64,000 nt of DNA from Betaproteobacteria bacterium SG8_41. Its GTDB lineage: Bacteria; Pseudomonadota; Gammaproteobacteria; Burkholderiales; SG8-41. Shown in pieces: positions 17,511 to 26,607 of the stretch. The notes beneath the pieces are model-generated. The model did no database searches, had not been told where the DNA came from, and worked only from the letters and a program-made list of their open reading frames with translations. The stretch covers positions 5,837-69,836 of the forward strand of contig LJTT01000002.1 in NCBI GenBank assembly GCA_001303585.1. The letters run 5' to 3'. The stretch's first letter is position 1, and each line of letters starts with the position of its first letter. Made by a program: the position numbers and the translations under genes.

Positions 17511-18362
17511 ATGAGCCCCAACACCACCCCCGAGGCCCGGCGCATCGAGCGCGCCGCGGCCGAGCGCTTCGACGCGACGTTGAGCATAGCGCCCGATGCA
17601 TCGGGCCTCGAGGAGCTCGCGCGCAACCTCGAACACCGCTCGCACCGCCGATACGCCGAACGTCCCGTGCCACCCGAGTTGCTGCAGGTGCTGTTCGCGT
17701 GCGCCTTTTCAGCGCCGTCCAAGTCCGATCTGCAGCAAGCCGACATCATTCATGTGAGCGATGCCGCGCGGCGCAGGGCAATCGTCGAGACCATTCCCGA
17801 CATGCCCTGGATCATGAACGCGCCCGTCTTCCTCATCTTTTGCGCCAATAACCGGCGGATCCGCCAGATCGGCGAGTGGCGCGGCAAGCCTTTTGTGAAC
17901 GAGCATCTCGACCACTTCATGAACGCGGCAGTGGACGCGGGTCTCGTCATGATGAATTTCATCCGCGCCGCCGAAGCTGCGGGCCTGGGAACGTGCCCGA
18001 TCAGCGCGGTGCGAAACCGTGCCGATACGGTGAGCGGCGTCCTCGAGCTTCCCCAAGGCGTGTTTCCGGTGGCCGGCCTGTGCGCAGGCTACCCCGCCGA
18101 AGCCGGCCGCATTACACCGCGGCTGCCACTGAACGTGACCGTCCACGAGGATCGCTACAGCGAGTCAGAGCTGCGCGAAAAAATCGAGGCCTACGACCGC
18201 AGGCGCCACGCCGTGCTGCCCTATCGCCGGCAGCGCAACATCGAGCGATTCGGTGAAGCGCCGTTCTACGGCTGGTCGGAGGACAAGGCGCGCCAGTATG
18301 CGGTGCCGGAGCGCACCGATTTCGGCGCGTTCATCCGCAGGCAGGGCTTCAGCCTCAAGTAG
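17511..18362 (+). CDS. nitroreductase-family NAD(P)H oxidoreductase
   Basis: The ATG at 17511 is preceded by AGGAG. RSHRRY...PSKSDLQ...ISAVRN motifs fit the NfsA-like nitroreductase fold. Confidence 0.75.
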   Translation: MSPNTTPEARRIERAAAERFDATLSIAPDASGLEELARNLEHRSHRRYAERPVPPELLQVLFACAFSAPSKSDLQQADIIHVSDAARRRAIVETIPDMPWIMNAPVFLIFCANNRRIRQIGEWRGKPFVNEHLDHFMNAAVDAGLVMMNFIRAAEAAGLGTCPISAVRNRADTVSGVLELPQGVFPVAGLCAGYPAEAGRITPRLPLNVTVHEDRYSESELREKIEAYDRRRHAVLPYRRQRNIERFGEAPFYGWSEDKARQYAVPERTDFGAFIRRQGFSLK

Positions 18363-18368
18363 CGCGGC

Positions 18369-18482
18369 GTGATGGGTGATGGGTCGAAAAGCCGTGACTT
18401 GGCGAACTCGGCAGGTCACGAGATCGGTGTTTCGGTGTTTCGGTCTTGCGCCCTCACGCGCTCCCGCCCTCGCGCTCCCGCG
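18369..18482. repeat. cluster of short tandem repeats between convergent genes
   Basis: gtgatgg x2 (18369-18382), cggtgttt x2 followed by cggtcttg (18425-18448), and cgccctc(a)cgcgctcc x2 (18449-18482). Confidence 0.75.
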
Positions 18483-18554
18483 GCAATCGAAGTAAGGCTC
18501 GTCGCGACGGGATTCCGGATCCGGAGGCGCGCATGAGGAATGCGCCGTCACAAG

Positions 18555-19907
18555 TCAGCGCATTCCCGGGAACATTCCTTTCATCGAGCGCATCATCTTC
18601 GCCATCCCCCCTTTCGACATCATTTTCATCATCTTCTGCGTCTGCTCGAACTGGTTGAGCAGACGGTTCACCTCCTGGACGGAGACGCCGGCCCCGGCCG
18701 CGATGCGCCGCTTGCGCGATGCTTTTATGACCTCAGGCTTGGCGCGCTCCTGCGCGGTCATCGAGTTGATGATGCCCTCGAGTCGGCAGATCGCGCGATC
18801 GTCCATCTGTGGCGCGCCCTGCGCCATTCGCGCAAGATCGCCGGGCAACTTGTCGAGCAAGCCCGCCACCCCGCCCATCTTTTTCATTTGCGCGACCTGT
18901 TGCTTGAAGTCCTCGAGGTCGAAACCCTTCCCGGACTTCACCTTGCGGGCGAGTTTCTCGGCTTCGGCGTGGTCGACGCTCCTGCGCACGTCCTCGATCA
19001 GCGAGAGCACATCGCCCATCCCGAGAATGCGCGAGGCCATGCGGTCCGGATAGAAGGGCTCGAGGGCGTCGAGCTTCTCGCCCACGCCTGCGAACTTGAT
19101 CGGCTTGCCGGTGACCTGCCGCACCGACAGCGCCGCGCCACCGCGGGCGTCACCGTCAAGCTTGGTGAGAATGACGCCCGTCAGCGGCAGCGCCTCTCCG
19201 AACGCCTTCGCGGTATTGACGGCGTCCTGACCCTGCATCGCGTCAACCACGAACAGCGTCTCCACCGGCTTCAGCGCCGCATGCAGCGCGGTGATCTCCC
19301 GCATCATCGCCTCGTCAATCGCAAGGCGTCCGGCGCTGTCGACGATCAGCACGTCAGCGTAGTGCTTGCGCGCATAATCGAGCGCCCGCTGCGCGATATC
19401 CACGGGGTCTTCGCCGACGGCCGAGGGAAAAAATTCGGCCTCGACCTGCTGGGCCAGCGTGCCGAGCTGCTCGATCGCCGCCGGCCGGTACACGTCGCAG
19501 CTGACGAGCAGCACCTTTTTCTTGAGCTCGCGGCGCAGCCAGCGCGCGAGCTTGCCCGAGGTCGTCGTCTTGCCCGAGCCCTGGAGGCCGGCCAGCAGAA
19601 CGACCGCCGGCGGTTGCGTGGCGAGATCGAGCGCATCGTTTTTCTCGCCCATCAGCGCCATGAGTTCCTGATGCACCACCGCGACCGCCGCCTGACCTGG
19701 TGTCAGGCTGCCGACCACCTCCTGACCGAGCGCTTTCTCGCGCACCCGCGCGACGAAATCCCGCACGACCGGCAGCGCAACGTCGGCCTCAAGCAGCGCG
19801 ACGCGCACCTCGCGCAAGGCATCCTGAATGTTGGATTCGGTCAGGCGCGCCTCGCCGCGCAGCGTCTTCATGACCCGCGAGAGGCGGTCGGTCAGGTTGT
19901 CGAACAT
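18555..19907 (-). CDS. ffh: signal recognition particle protein Ffh
   Basis: MFDNLTDRLSRVMKTLRGEARLTE..., GLQGSGKTTT, DTAGRL-like SAGRL, and a Met-rich C-terminal M domain. Confidence 0.95.
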   Translation of the reverse strand: MFDNLTDRLSRVMKTLRGEARLTESNIQDALREVRVALLEADVALPVVRDFVARVREKALGQEVVGSLTPGQAAVAVVHQELMALMGEKNDALDLATQPPAVVLLAGLQGSGKTTTSGKLARWLRRELKKKVLLVSCDVYRPAAIEQLGTLAQQVEAEFFPSAVGEDPVDIAQRALDYARKHYADVLIVDSAGRLAIDEAMMREITALHAALKPVETLFVVDAMQGQDAVNTAKAFGEALPLTGVILTKLDGDARGGAALSVRQVTGKPIKFAGVGEKLDALEPFYPDRMASRILGMGDVLSLIEDVRRSVDHAEAEKLARKVKSGKGFDLEDFKQQVAQMKKMGGVAGLLDKLPGDLARMAQGAPQMDDRAICRLEGIINSMTAQERAKPEVIKASRKRRIAAGAGVSVQEVNRLLNQFEQTQKMMKMMSKGGMAKMMRSMKGMFPGMR

Positions 19908-19935
19908 CGGCGTGAGGTTGGTGTAGACTCGTGAC

Positions 19936-20766
19936 GTGCCGGAAATTCTACCGCATCTAGCCAACGCGCTGCTCTATGCAGTGCTCGCATTGTACTTCTG
20001 GCGCACGCGCTGGCCGCGCGCCACGGAGGCGGAAGCGCCTGGCGCATCCTTCAGCGCGTTCGAGCATTATGCGGTGCTGGTCCCGCTGGCGCTCCATACC
20101 GTGCTGCTGGCGCGCTCAGCATTCTTGCCGGACGGGTTGCACCTGGGGGTCGGCAACGCCGTCTCGGCAATCCTGTGGTTGACCGTGCTGATTTACTGGA
20201 TCGGAAACTTCTTCTACCGATTGGACGGCCTGCAGGCGCTGGTGTTGCCGATCGCCGCGGCTGCCGTGCTGCTGCCGGTCCTGGTGCCGTCGCCCAGTCC
20301 GCTGCCCCACACCGAGCTCATGGTATTCAAGGTGCATTTGGTCATTGCGATGCTGGCCTACAGCCTGTTCACCATTGCGTCGCTTCACGTCCTCCTGATG
20401 ACGCTGCTCGAGCGTCGGCTGCACGACGGCGCCCTGCCGCGCGCGCTCAGCCAGCTGCCGCCATTGCTGACGATGGAAAAGCTGCTGTTCCGAATCATCT
20501 GGGCCGGCTTCATCCTGCTCACGGCGACCCTCGTGACCGGTGTCGTCTTCACGGAAGAGCTGTTCGGCAAGGCGGCAAAACTAAACCACAAGACCGTGTT
20601 CGGGGTCGTGTCTTGGATCATCTTCGCGGCGCTGCTGTGTGGCCGCCACGTCTACGGCTGGCGCGGCCGTGTCGCCGTGCGCTGGACGCTCGCTGGCTTC
20701 CTTGCCCTCGTGCTGGCCTACGTGGGCAGCAGGTTCGTGCTCGAAGTGATACTTGGCCGGGCCTAG
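19936..20766 (+). CDS. cytochrome c assembly family inner-membrane protein (YpjD/CcsA-like)
   Basis: 276-aa polytopic membrane ORF divergent from ffh, as in E. coli and Pseudomonas. The C-terminal WRGR...AYxGSRFV motif is shared with YpjD. Confidence 0.75.
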   Translation: MPEILPHLANALLYAVLALYFWRTRWPRATEAEAPGASFSAFEHYAVLVPLALHTVLLARSAFLPDGLHLGVGNAVSAILWLTVLIYWIGNFFYRLDGLQALVLPIAAAAVLLPVLVPSPSPLPHTELMVFKVHLVIAMLAYSLFTIASLHVLLMTLLERRLHDGALPRALSQLPPLLTMEKLLFRIIWAGFILLTATLVTGVVFTEELFGKAAKLNHKTVFGVVSWIIFAALLCGRHVYGWRGRVAVRWTLAGFLALVLAYVGSRFVLEVILGRA

Positions 20767-20857
20767 CATCCACCGCAACCCGCCGCGGGTGTTTGGCTCT
20801 GACAAACACTGAATCAGGATTGAGCGCCCCGGACTTCCGCATCCGCCATTCGGCAGC

Positions 20858-20887
20858 TTGACATGCCTTGTTGCGCCGCTGAATACT
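20858..20887 (+). promoter_or_regulatory. putative sigma70 promoter (TTGACA-N18-AATACT)
   Basis: A perfect -35 hexamer lies at 20858-20863 and a 4/6 -10 at 20882-20887, upstream of the CorC-family gene. This is sequence inspection only. Confidence 0.25.
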
Positions 20888-20917
20888 AAATTTTTCCCTT
20901 CATCGAGCGACCCCACA

Positions 20918-22219
20918 TTGGAAACGATCCCCGAGTCGACCCTGTTCATCGCGTTGATCATCCTGCTCGCGATTTCCGGCTTCTTTTCCATCTCGGAGAC
21001 GAGCATGGTGGCGCTCAACCGCTACCGGCTGAAGCATCTCGTGCAAAGCGGTCATACCGGTGCCAAGCTCGCGTCCAATCTGCTCGCCCGCACCGACAAG
21101 TTCCTGGGCATGGTGCTGTTCGGCAACAACCTGCTCAACGTCGCAACGGCCCTGGTCGTGGGCGAGATCGCCATACGCCACCTCGGCAACAGCCAGGCCG
21201 CGCTGCTGGTGGCAACTGCAGCGGCAACGTTCGCCATCCTGGTCTTCAGCGAGATCACGCCCAAGGTGCTCGGTGCAACCTATCCCGAGCGCGTCGCGCT
21301 GCCGGCCAGTTACGTGCTGACGCCATTGCTTCGCATCGCGCAACCGGTGGTCTGGTTCGTGAACCTGTTCGTGCAAGCGCTGCTCTGGATATTGCGTTTG
21401 CGGCCGACGGCGAGCGCGGGCGAGCACAAGCTGTCGGTCGAAGAACTGCGCACCCTCGTGCTGGAGACAGGTTATCTCCCGCAAAAGCATCAGAGCATCC
21501 TGCTCAATCTGTTCGAGCTCGAGGCGATCACGGTGGATGACGTCATGGTGCCGCGCAGTCAAATCGAAGCCTTTGACCTTGATGCGCCGCTCGACGCCAT
21601 TCGCCAGCAGATTGCCACGGCCCATCACCGGCGCCTGCTGGTCTACCGCGGCCACCTGGACGAGGTGGTGGGCACGCTACGGGTGCGCAGCGTGCTCAAT
21701 CTGGTGCAGAACGAGGAGCTCACGAAGGAACGCCTGCGCGAGATCATTCGCGAACCGTCCTTCGTGCCGGTTGGCACGCCCTTGTTTTCGCAGTTGCAGA
21801 ATTTCCAGGAGGAGCGGGACCCTTTGAGCCTGGTGGTGGATGAGTACGGGGAGCTGATGGGCCTCGTCACGATGGAGGACATCCTCGAGGAGATCATCGG
21901 CGAATTCACGACCCAGTCCCCCCTGCAGACCCGGGGCTTCGCCGAGCAGACCGATGGCAGTGTTCTCGTCGAAGGCTCGACGCTGCTGCGCGATCTCAAC
22001 CGCAAGCTGGGCTTCGGTTTCCCGCTCGACGGGCCGAAGACGTTGAATGGGTTGATCGTCGAATATCTGAGAGATATTCCGGAGCCGAACACCAGCGTAA
22101 AGATCGCGGGCTACCCCCTCGAGATCGTTCAAACGCAGGATCGGGTGGTCAAAGCCGTGCGAATCTTCCCCCCGGCGGTGACTAAGGGCCGCCCTGAGGC
22201 CCCGGGGGAGGAAAAATAG
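20918..22219 (+). CDS. HlyC/CorC-family transporter-associated protein (DUF21 + CBS pair + CorC_HlyC)
   Basis: LAISGFFSISETSMVALNRYRL is the DUF21 opening, followed by CBS-pair and C-terminal transporter-associated regions. The start is uncertain: TTG at 20918 is proposed because the ORF-track start at 20858 coincides with the TTGACA box. Confidence 0.75.
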   Translation: METIPESTLFIALIILLAISGFFSISETSMVALNRYRLKHLVQSGHTGAKLASNLLARTDKFLGMVLFGNNLLNVATALVVGEIAIRHLGNSQAALLVATAAATFAILVFSEITPKVLGATYPERVALPASYVLTPLLRIAQPVVWFVNLFVQALLWILRLRPTASAGEHKLSVEELRTLVLETGYLPQKHQSILLNLFELEAITVDDVMVPRSQIEAFDLDAPLDAIRQQIATAHHRRLLVYRGHLDEVVGTLRVRSVLNLVQNEELTKERLREIIREPSFVPVGTPLFSQLQNFQEERDPLSLVVDEYGELMGLVTMEDILEEIIGEFTTQSPLQTRGFAEQTDGSVLVEGSTLLRDLNRKLGFGFPLDGPKTLNGLIVEYLRDIPEPNTSVKIAGYPLEIVQTQDRVVKAVRIFPPAVTKGRPEAPGEEK

Positions 22220-22316
22220 GGAAAAATACGCTTTACACAGAACCCCCGAACGTGCATCATTTTGTCAACAATCGCCTCTAACCTATTGGTTAGCCGGGTC
22301 AATCGGGAGATTCAAC

Positions 22317-23540
22317 ATGGCAACTGCTGCCGCCGCCAGACGGTCGGAAGTCAAGGAGTTTAACTTCAGCTGGGTCGGCACGGACCGGGGCGGCAAAACC
22401 GTGCGCGGGGAAATGCGCGCGGTCGGCACGGCGCAAGTCAATGCGTTGCTGCGGCGCCAGGGCATCCGCGTGGTCGAGGTCAAGCGCCAGCGGCTCCGTG
22501 GCGGCACGATTACAGAGAAGGACATTACCCTGTTCACTCGCCAGCTGGCCACCATGATGAAATCCGGCGTGCCGCTGCTCCAGGCGTTCGACATCGTCGG
22601 CAAAGGCCACACCAATGCTGCCGTGTCGAAGCTTCTTTTCGACATCAAGACCGAGGTCGAGACCGGTGCGAGCTTGAAGCAGGCTTTCGAAAAGCATCCC
22701 CTCTACTTCGATGCGCTCTTCTGCAACCTGATCGGCGCGGGCGAAGCCGCCGGTATTCTCGATAGCCTGCTCGACCGCCTCGCGACCTACAAGGAAAAGA
22801 TCCTCGCCATCAAGAGCAAGATCAAGTCGGCGTTGTTCTACCCGGCGTCAATTGTTGTTGTCGCCTTCGTGATCACGTCGATCATCATGATCTTCGTCAT
22901 CCCCTCCTTCAAGTCGGTGTTCGCCAGCTTTGGCGCCGACCTTCCCGCCCCGACGCTGATGGTGATGGCCGCCTCGGATTTCTTCGTCGAGTACTGGTGG
23001 GCCATCTTTGGCGGCGTCGGCTTTGCCGGGTGGTTCTTCTTCTACACCTGGAAACGCTCCATCAAGATGCAGATGTTCATGGACAAGTTGATGTTGCGGA
23101 TTCCCGTTTTCGGCGGTCTGGTTCGCAAATCGGCGATTGCGCGGTGGACCCGCACGCTTGCGACCATGTTTGCAGCCGGTGTGCCGCTCGTCGAGGCGCT
23201 TGATTCGGTTGCGGGCGCGGCCGGCAACTACGAGTACTACGTCGCGACCAAGAAGATTCAGGGCGAGGTCTCGACCGGTTCGAGCCTCACCTCCGCGATG
23301 GCGGGCACCGAGGTTTTCCCGAATATGGTCATCCAGATGGTGACCATCGGCGAGGAGGCGGGCTCGCTCGACGCCATGCTCTCCAAAGTCGCGGATTTCT
23401 ATGAGGCGGAAGTCGACGATGCGGTCGAGGCCCTCTCGAGCCTTATGGAGCCGATGATCATGGTGGTGCTGGGCACGCTGATCGGCGGGCTCGTGATCGC
23501 CATGTACCTGCCCATCTTCAAGATGGGCCAGGCGGTCTGA
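22317..23540 (+). CDS. pilC: type IV pilus assembly platform protein PilC (GspF family)
   Basis: 407-aa ORF with duplicated GspF domains. TRQLATMMKSGVPLLQAF and TRTLATMFAAGVPLVEAL are the paired signature helices. Confidence 0.9.
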   Translation: MATAAAARRSEVKEFNFSWVGTDRGGKTVRGEMRAVGTAQVNALLRRQGIRVVEVKRQRLRGGTITEKDITLFTRQLATMMKSGVPLLQAFDIVGKGHTNAAVSKLLFDIKTEVETGASLKQAFEKHPLYFDALFCNLIGAGEAAGILDSLLDRLATYKEKILAIKSKIKSALFYPASIVVVAFVITSIIMIFVIPSFKSVFASFGADLPAPTLMVMAASDFFVEYWWAIFGGVGFAGWFFFYTWKRSIKMQMFMDKLMLRIPVFGGLVRKSAIARWTRTLATMFAAGVPLVEALDSVAGAAGNYEYYVATKKIQGEVSTGSSLTSAMAGTEVFPNMVIQMVTIGEEAGSLDAMLSKVADFYEAEVDDAVEALSSLMEPMIMVVLGTLIGGLVIAMYLPIFKMGQAV

Positions 23541-23610
23541 CAACGGGATTGAGGACAAGGGGCGCGGGGTGCGGGGCATGTGCCCCCGACTGCCAGCGCT
23601 CCCAACCGAG

Positions 23611-23638
23611 TCCTGAATCCTGAGATCCGAATCCTGGA
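23611..23638. repeat. four tandem heptamers abutting the pilD start codon
   Basis: tcctgaa tcctgag atccgaa tcctgga, immediately followed by the ATG at 23638. Confidence 0.7.
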
Positions 23639-24498
23639 TGGCTTTCCTGCAACTGCTCCAGACAACGCCCTGGTTGCTGATCACCGCCGCGGTCCTGTTC
23701 GGGCTTGTGGTCGGAAGCTTTCTCAATGTGGTGATCCACCGGCTGCCGCGCATGCTCGAGCAGGGGTGGCGGGCCGAATGCGCGGAGTTGAACGGTAATC
23801 CCGTCCCCGCCGCTGAGACCTATAACCTGGTGCTGCCCCGCTCGCGCTGCCCGCACTGCGGGCACGCCATCCGCGCCGTCGAGAACGTCCCGGTCCTCAG
23901 CTACGTCGCATTGCGCGGGCGCTGCTCCGCCTGCAAGGCAGCCATCTCGCCGCGCTATCCCGCGGTCGAGGCGCTGGCCGGCGCGCTCGCCGGCTACGTC
24001 GCGTGGCGTTTCGGCGTGAGCGCTGCCGCATTGGGCGCGATGTTGTTCGCATGGGCAATGATCGCCCTCGCGTTCATCGACCTCGACACGTTTTATCTTC
24101 CCGACAACTTGACCCTGCCGCTGCTCTGGACGGGCCTGATCTTCAATATCGGCGCGACGTTCACCGATCTCACATCTGCGGTTATCGGTGCCGCGGGGGG
24201 CTACCTCGTGCTGTGGGCCGTTTTCTGGGCGTACAAGCTCACCACCGGCAAGGAGGGAATGGGTTATGGTGACTTCAAGTTGCTCGCGGCGATCGGCGCC
24301 TGGCTGGGCTGGAAAATGCTGCCGCTCGTGATCCTGCTCTCGTCGTTCGTTGGCGCCGTCATCGGCATCGGACTTATTGTGCTCGCGCGGCGCGGACGCA
24401 ACGTGCCCATCCCTTTTGGCCCCTATCTCGCGCTCGCCGGATTGATTGCCCTGTTCTACGGCGAGCAACTCAACCGCCATTACCTTGCGCTCTTCTAG
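23638..24498 (+). CDS. pilD: prepilin peptidase / N-methyltransferase PilD (A24 family)
   Basis: Contains the zinc-binding CPHC...CSAC pairs and a GMGYGDFKL active-site Asp motif. Confidence 0.9.
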   Translation: MAFLQLLQTTPWLLITAAVLFGLVVGSFLNVVIHRLPRMLEQGWRAECAELNGNPVPAAETYNLVLPRSRCPHCGHAIRAVENVPVLSYVALRGRCSACKAAISPRYPAVEALAGALAGYVAWRFGVSAAALGAMLFAWAMIALAFIDLDTFYLPDNLTLPLLWTGLIFNIGATFTDLTSAVIGAAGGYLVLWAVFWAYKLTTGKEGMGYGDFKLLAAIGAWLGWKMLPLVILLSSFVGAVIGIGLIVLARRGRNVPIPFGPYLALAGLIALFYGEQLNRHYLALF

Positions 24499-24504
24499 CA
24501 CGCC

Positions 24505-25125
24505 GTGACGCCGTTTTGCGTGGGCCTGACCGGCGGCATCGCCTCGGGAAAATCGAGCGCCGCGGCATTGTTTGAGGAGCTCGGCGCAGCCGTCGTCGAC
24601 ACCGACGCGATCGCGCACGAGCTGACCCGGCCCGGCGGGGCTGCCATGGAGAAAATTCGCGATGCGTTCGGCCCCTCGTTCGTCGCGGCCGACGGCAGCC
24701 TCGAGCGTGCGAAGATGCGCCAGCTCGTGTTCAACGATCCGGATGCGAAAGCGAGGCTCGAGGGTATTCTCCATCCCCTGATCCGGGAGCAGGCGCGCGC
24801 GCGTATCCTTGCGGCGCAGCAACCTTATGTGATCGTGGTGGTGCCGCTCCTGGTTGAGACTGGCGCCTACCGCGACCTCATCCAGCGCGTGCTCGTCGTC
24901 GATTGCGGCGAGGAGCAGCAGGTGGCACGCGCCATGCAACGCAGCCAACTGAAGGAGGGCGAGGTGCGCTCAATCCTCGCTGCGCAGCTGTCACGCACGG
25001 AACGCCTCAAGGGCGCCGACGATGTAATCGACAACAATGGCGGAATGGAAGCGCTGCGAATGCAGGTACAGAAGCTGCACGCCAGCTACCTTTCATTGGC
25101 TCAAACGGCAACGCGCGGGTCATAA
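24505..25125 (+). CDS. coaE: dephospho-CoA kinase
   Basis: P-loop GLTGGIASGKS. Position after pilD is conserved. Confidence 0.9.
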   Translation: MTPFCVGLTGGIASGKSSAAALFEELGAAVVDTDAIAHELTRPGGAAMEKIRDAFGPSFVAADGSLERAKMRQLVFNDPDAKARLEGILHPLIREQARARILAAQQPYVIVVVPLLVETGAYRDLIQRVLVVDCGEEQQVARAMQRSQLKEGEVRSILAAQLSRTERLKGADDVIDNNGGMEALRMQVQKLHASYLSLAQTATRGS

Positions 25126-25193
25126 TTGAACGCTCGAATAGCGCCACTGTTTAATTTCAAGCCTTTATTTTTTCTGGTTTATGTTGAATACTA

Positions 25194-25994
25194 GTGCAGC
25201 GCCCCATGACCGACCTCTCTTCAACAGGCGTAAACGCCGTGATCAGCTACGAGTATCCGTTGAGTGAGCGCGTGCGGACGCTGCTGCGCCTTGAGGACCT
25301 GTTTGAGCGCGTCGAACATTTCCTGCAAAAGGACGAGCATTACGACCATCACGTCGCGCTGCTCTCGATATTCGAGATCCTCGACGTCTCGGGGCGCGCG
25401 GATCTCAAATCCGACCTCCTTCAGGAGCTGGAACGCCAGAAACAGGTTCTCGAGGGTCTGCGCGGCAATCCCGAAATCTCGGAACCGGCGCTGGACAAGG
25501 TCCTCGCGCAGATCGATCATGCCGCCGCAAATCTGTTCCAGACCTCCGGCAAGGTTGGCCAGGAGCTGCGCGACAACGACTGGCTGATGAGCATCCGTCA
25601 GCGCACAAACATCCCCGGCGGGGTGTGCGAATTCGACCTGCCGTCATATCACTACTGGCTCCAGCAACATCCCGATCAGCATCGGCGCGACCTCCAGTCG
25701 TGGCTTGCGCCGTTCCTGCCGATTCGCGAGGCGATCGCGATCGTCCTGCGCATCTTGCGCGAGAGCGGCAAGACGACCGCCCAGCTCGCGCAGCAGGGGG
25801 TCTACCAGCAGATGATGGCCGGGCGCGTCGCCCAGATGGTGCGAATCCGACTGAAACGCGAGCACCATTTCGTCCCTGAAATCAGCGCGAACAAGTATGC
25901 GCTCAATATTCGTTTCACGACGCAGGAAGGGGTGCAGCGCCCGAAGCCGGCCGAGACGGACGTCGAGTTCGAGCTCACCTTCTGCAACCTATAG
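25194..25994 (+). CDS. zapD: cell division protein ZapD
   Basis: YEYPLSERVRTLLRLEDLF ... IPGGVCEFDLPSYHYWL ... FELTFC aligns along its length with E. coli ZapD (YacF). The true start may be the ATG at 25206. Confidence 0.85.
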   Translation: MQRPMTDLSSTGVNAVISYEYPLSERVRTLLRLEDLFERVEHFLQKDEHYDHHVALLSIFEILDVSGRADLKSDLLQELERQKQVLEGLRGNPEISEPALDKVLAQIDHAAANLFQTSGKVGQELRDNDWLMSIRQRTNIPGGVCEFDLPSYHYWLQQHPDQHRRDLQSWLAPFLPIREAIAIVLRILRESGKTTAQLAQQGVYQQMMAGRVAQMVRIRLKREHHFVPEISANKYALNIRFTTQEGVQRPKPAETDVEFELTFCNL

Positions 25995-26218
25995 CGCTGT
26001 TCCGGGCCTAAAAGGGCATCGGCCACGGGAACAGAAGAAAACGTCCGGAACGGGAAACCAGAGCGCCGCGGCGACGGGCCCGCGGGCAAATGGCGGACAC
26101 GAGCCGGGACCTCAATTGGTTTGATTCTCTTCGCTCTCGATTTTTATCCCATTCCGTGAATTTCCGTGACTAATGCTTGCCGTTGACCTTTGCTCGATGA
26201 AATTCTCGGTGTGTTCCC

Positions 26219-26419
26219 GTGGCTGAATCGCGCCTTGTTGCCTGCCCGACTTGCGGCGCGCCTGTGTCATGGACGCCCGAAAGTGCCTGGCGCCCGTTCT
26301 GCTCGAAGCGGTGCAAGATGATCGACCTTGGGGCATGGGCGACCGAGCGTTACCGCGTGCCGGTATCGGAGGACCCGGGGAATGCGAGTCCGGAGGAGCC
26401 GGAGGAGCGCGGCTCCTAG
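26219..26419 (+). CDS. yacG: DNA gyrase inhibitor YacG (zinc-ribbon)
   Basis: CPTCGAPV...[17 protein letters not shown] is the YacG signature. Confidence 0.85.
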   Translation: MAESRLVACPTCGAPVSWTPESAWRPFCSKRCKMIDLGAWATERYRVPVSEDPGNASPEEPEERGS

Positions 26420-26425
26420 CCTCAC

Positions 26426-26600
26426 GGGTTCAAGTTTCAAGTTTGGGCGATGGCTGTACGCGAAGTTTCTCGCATTGAACTTCGAACATGGAACTTTGAA
26501 CCCGGAACTCGAAACTCGAAACTCGAAACTCGAAACTCGAAACTCGAAACTCGAAACTCGAAACTCGAAACTCGGAACCCGGAACCCGGAACATTGAACG
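26426..26600. repeat. asymmetric hairpin/microsatellite: GAAACTC heptamer array (9 perfect units plus degenerate flanks) opposite a short complementary arm
   Basis: The left arm is gttcaag tttcaag tttgggc (26426-26447). The right arm is a GAACNNN-type heptamer series from about 26474, with 9 exact GAAACTC units at 26511-26573, then ggaaccc x2. It lies between convergent yacG and the Nudix gene. Confidence 0.9.
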
Positions 26601-26607
26601 CCGACCG

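Noticed and set aside
23518-24948. 476-aa minus-strand ORF covering pilD and coaE
   Set aside because: It is antisense to two genes with clear catalytic motifs (GMGYGDFKL and the GLTGGIASGKS P-loop). Its composition is that of a high-GC shadow frame.
26474-26600. Possible CRISPR array
   Set aside because: The units are 7 nt and directly tandem with no spacers, and there are no cas genes. This is a microsatellite, not CRISPR.
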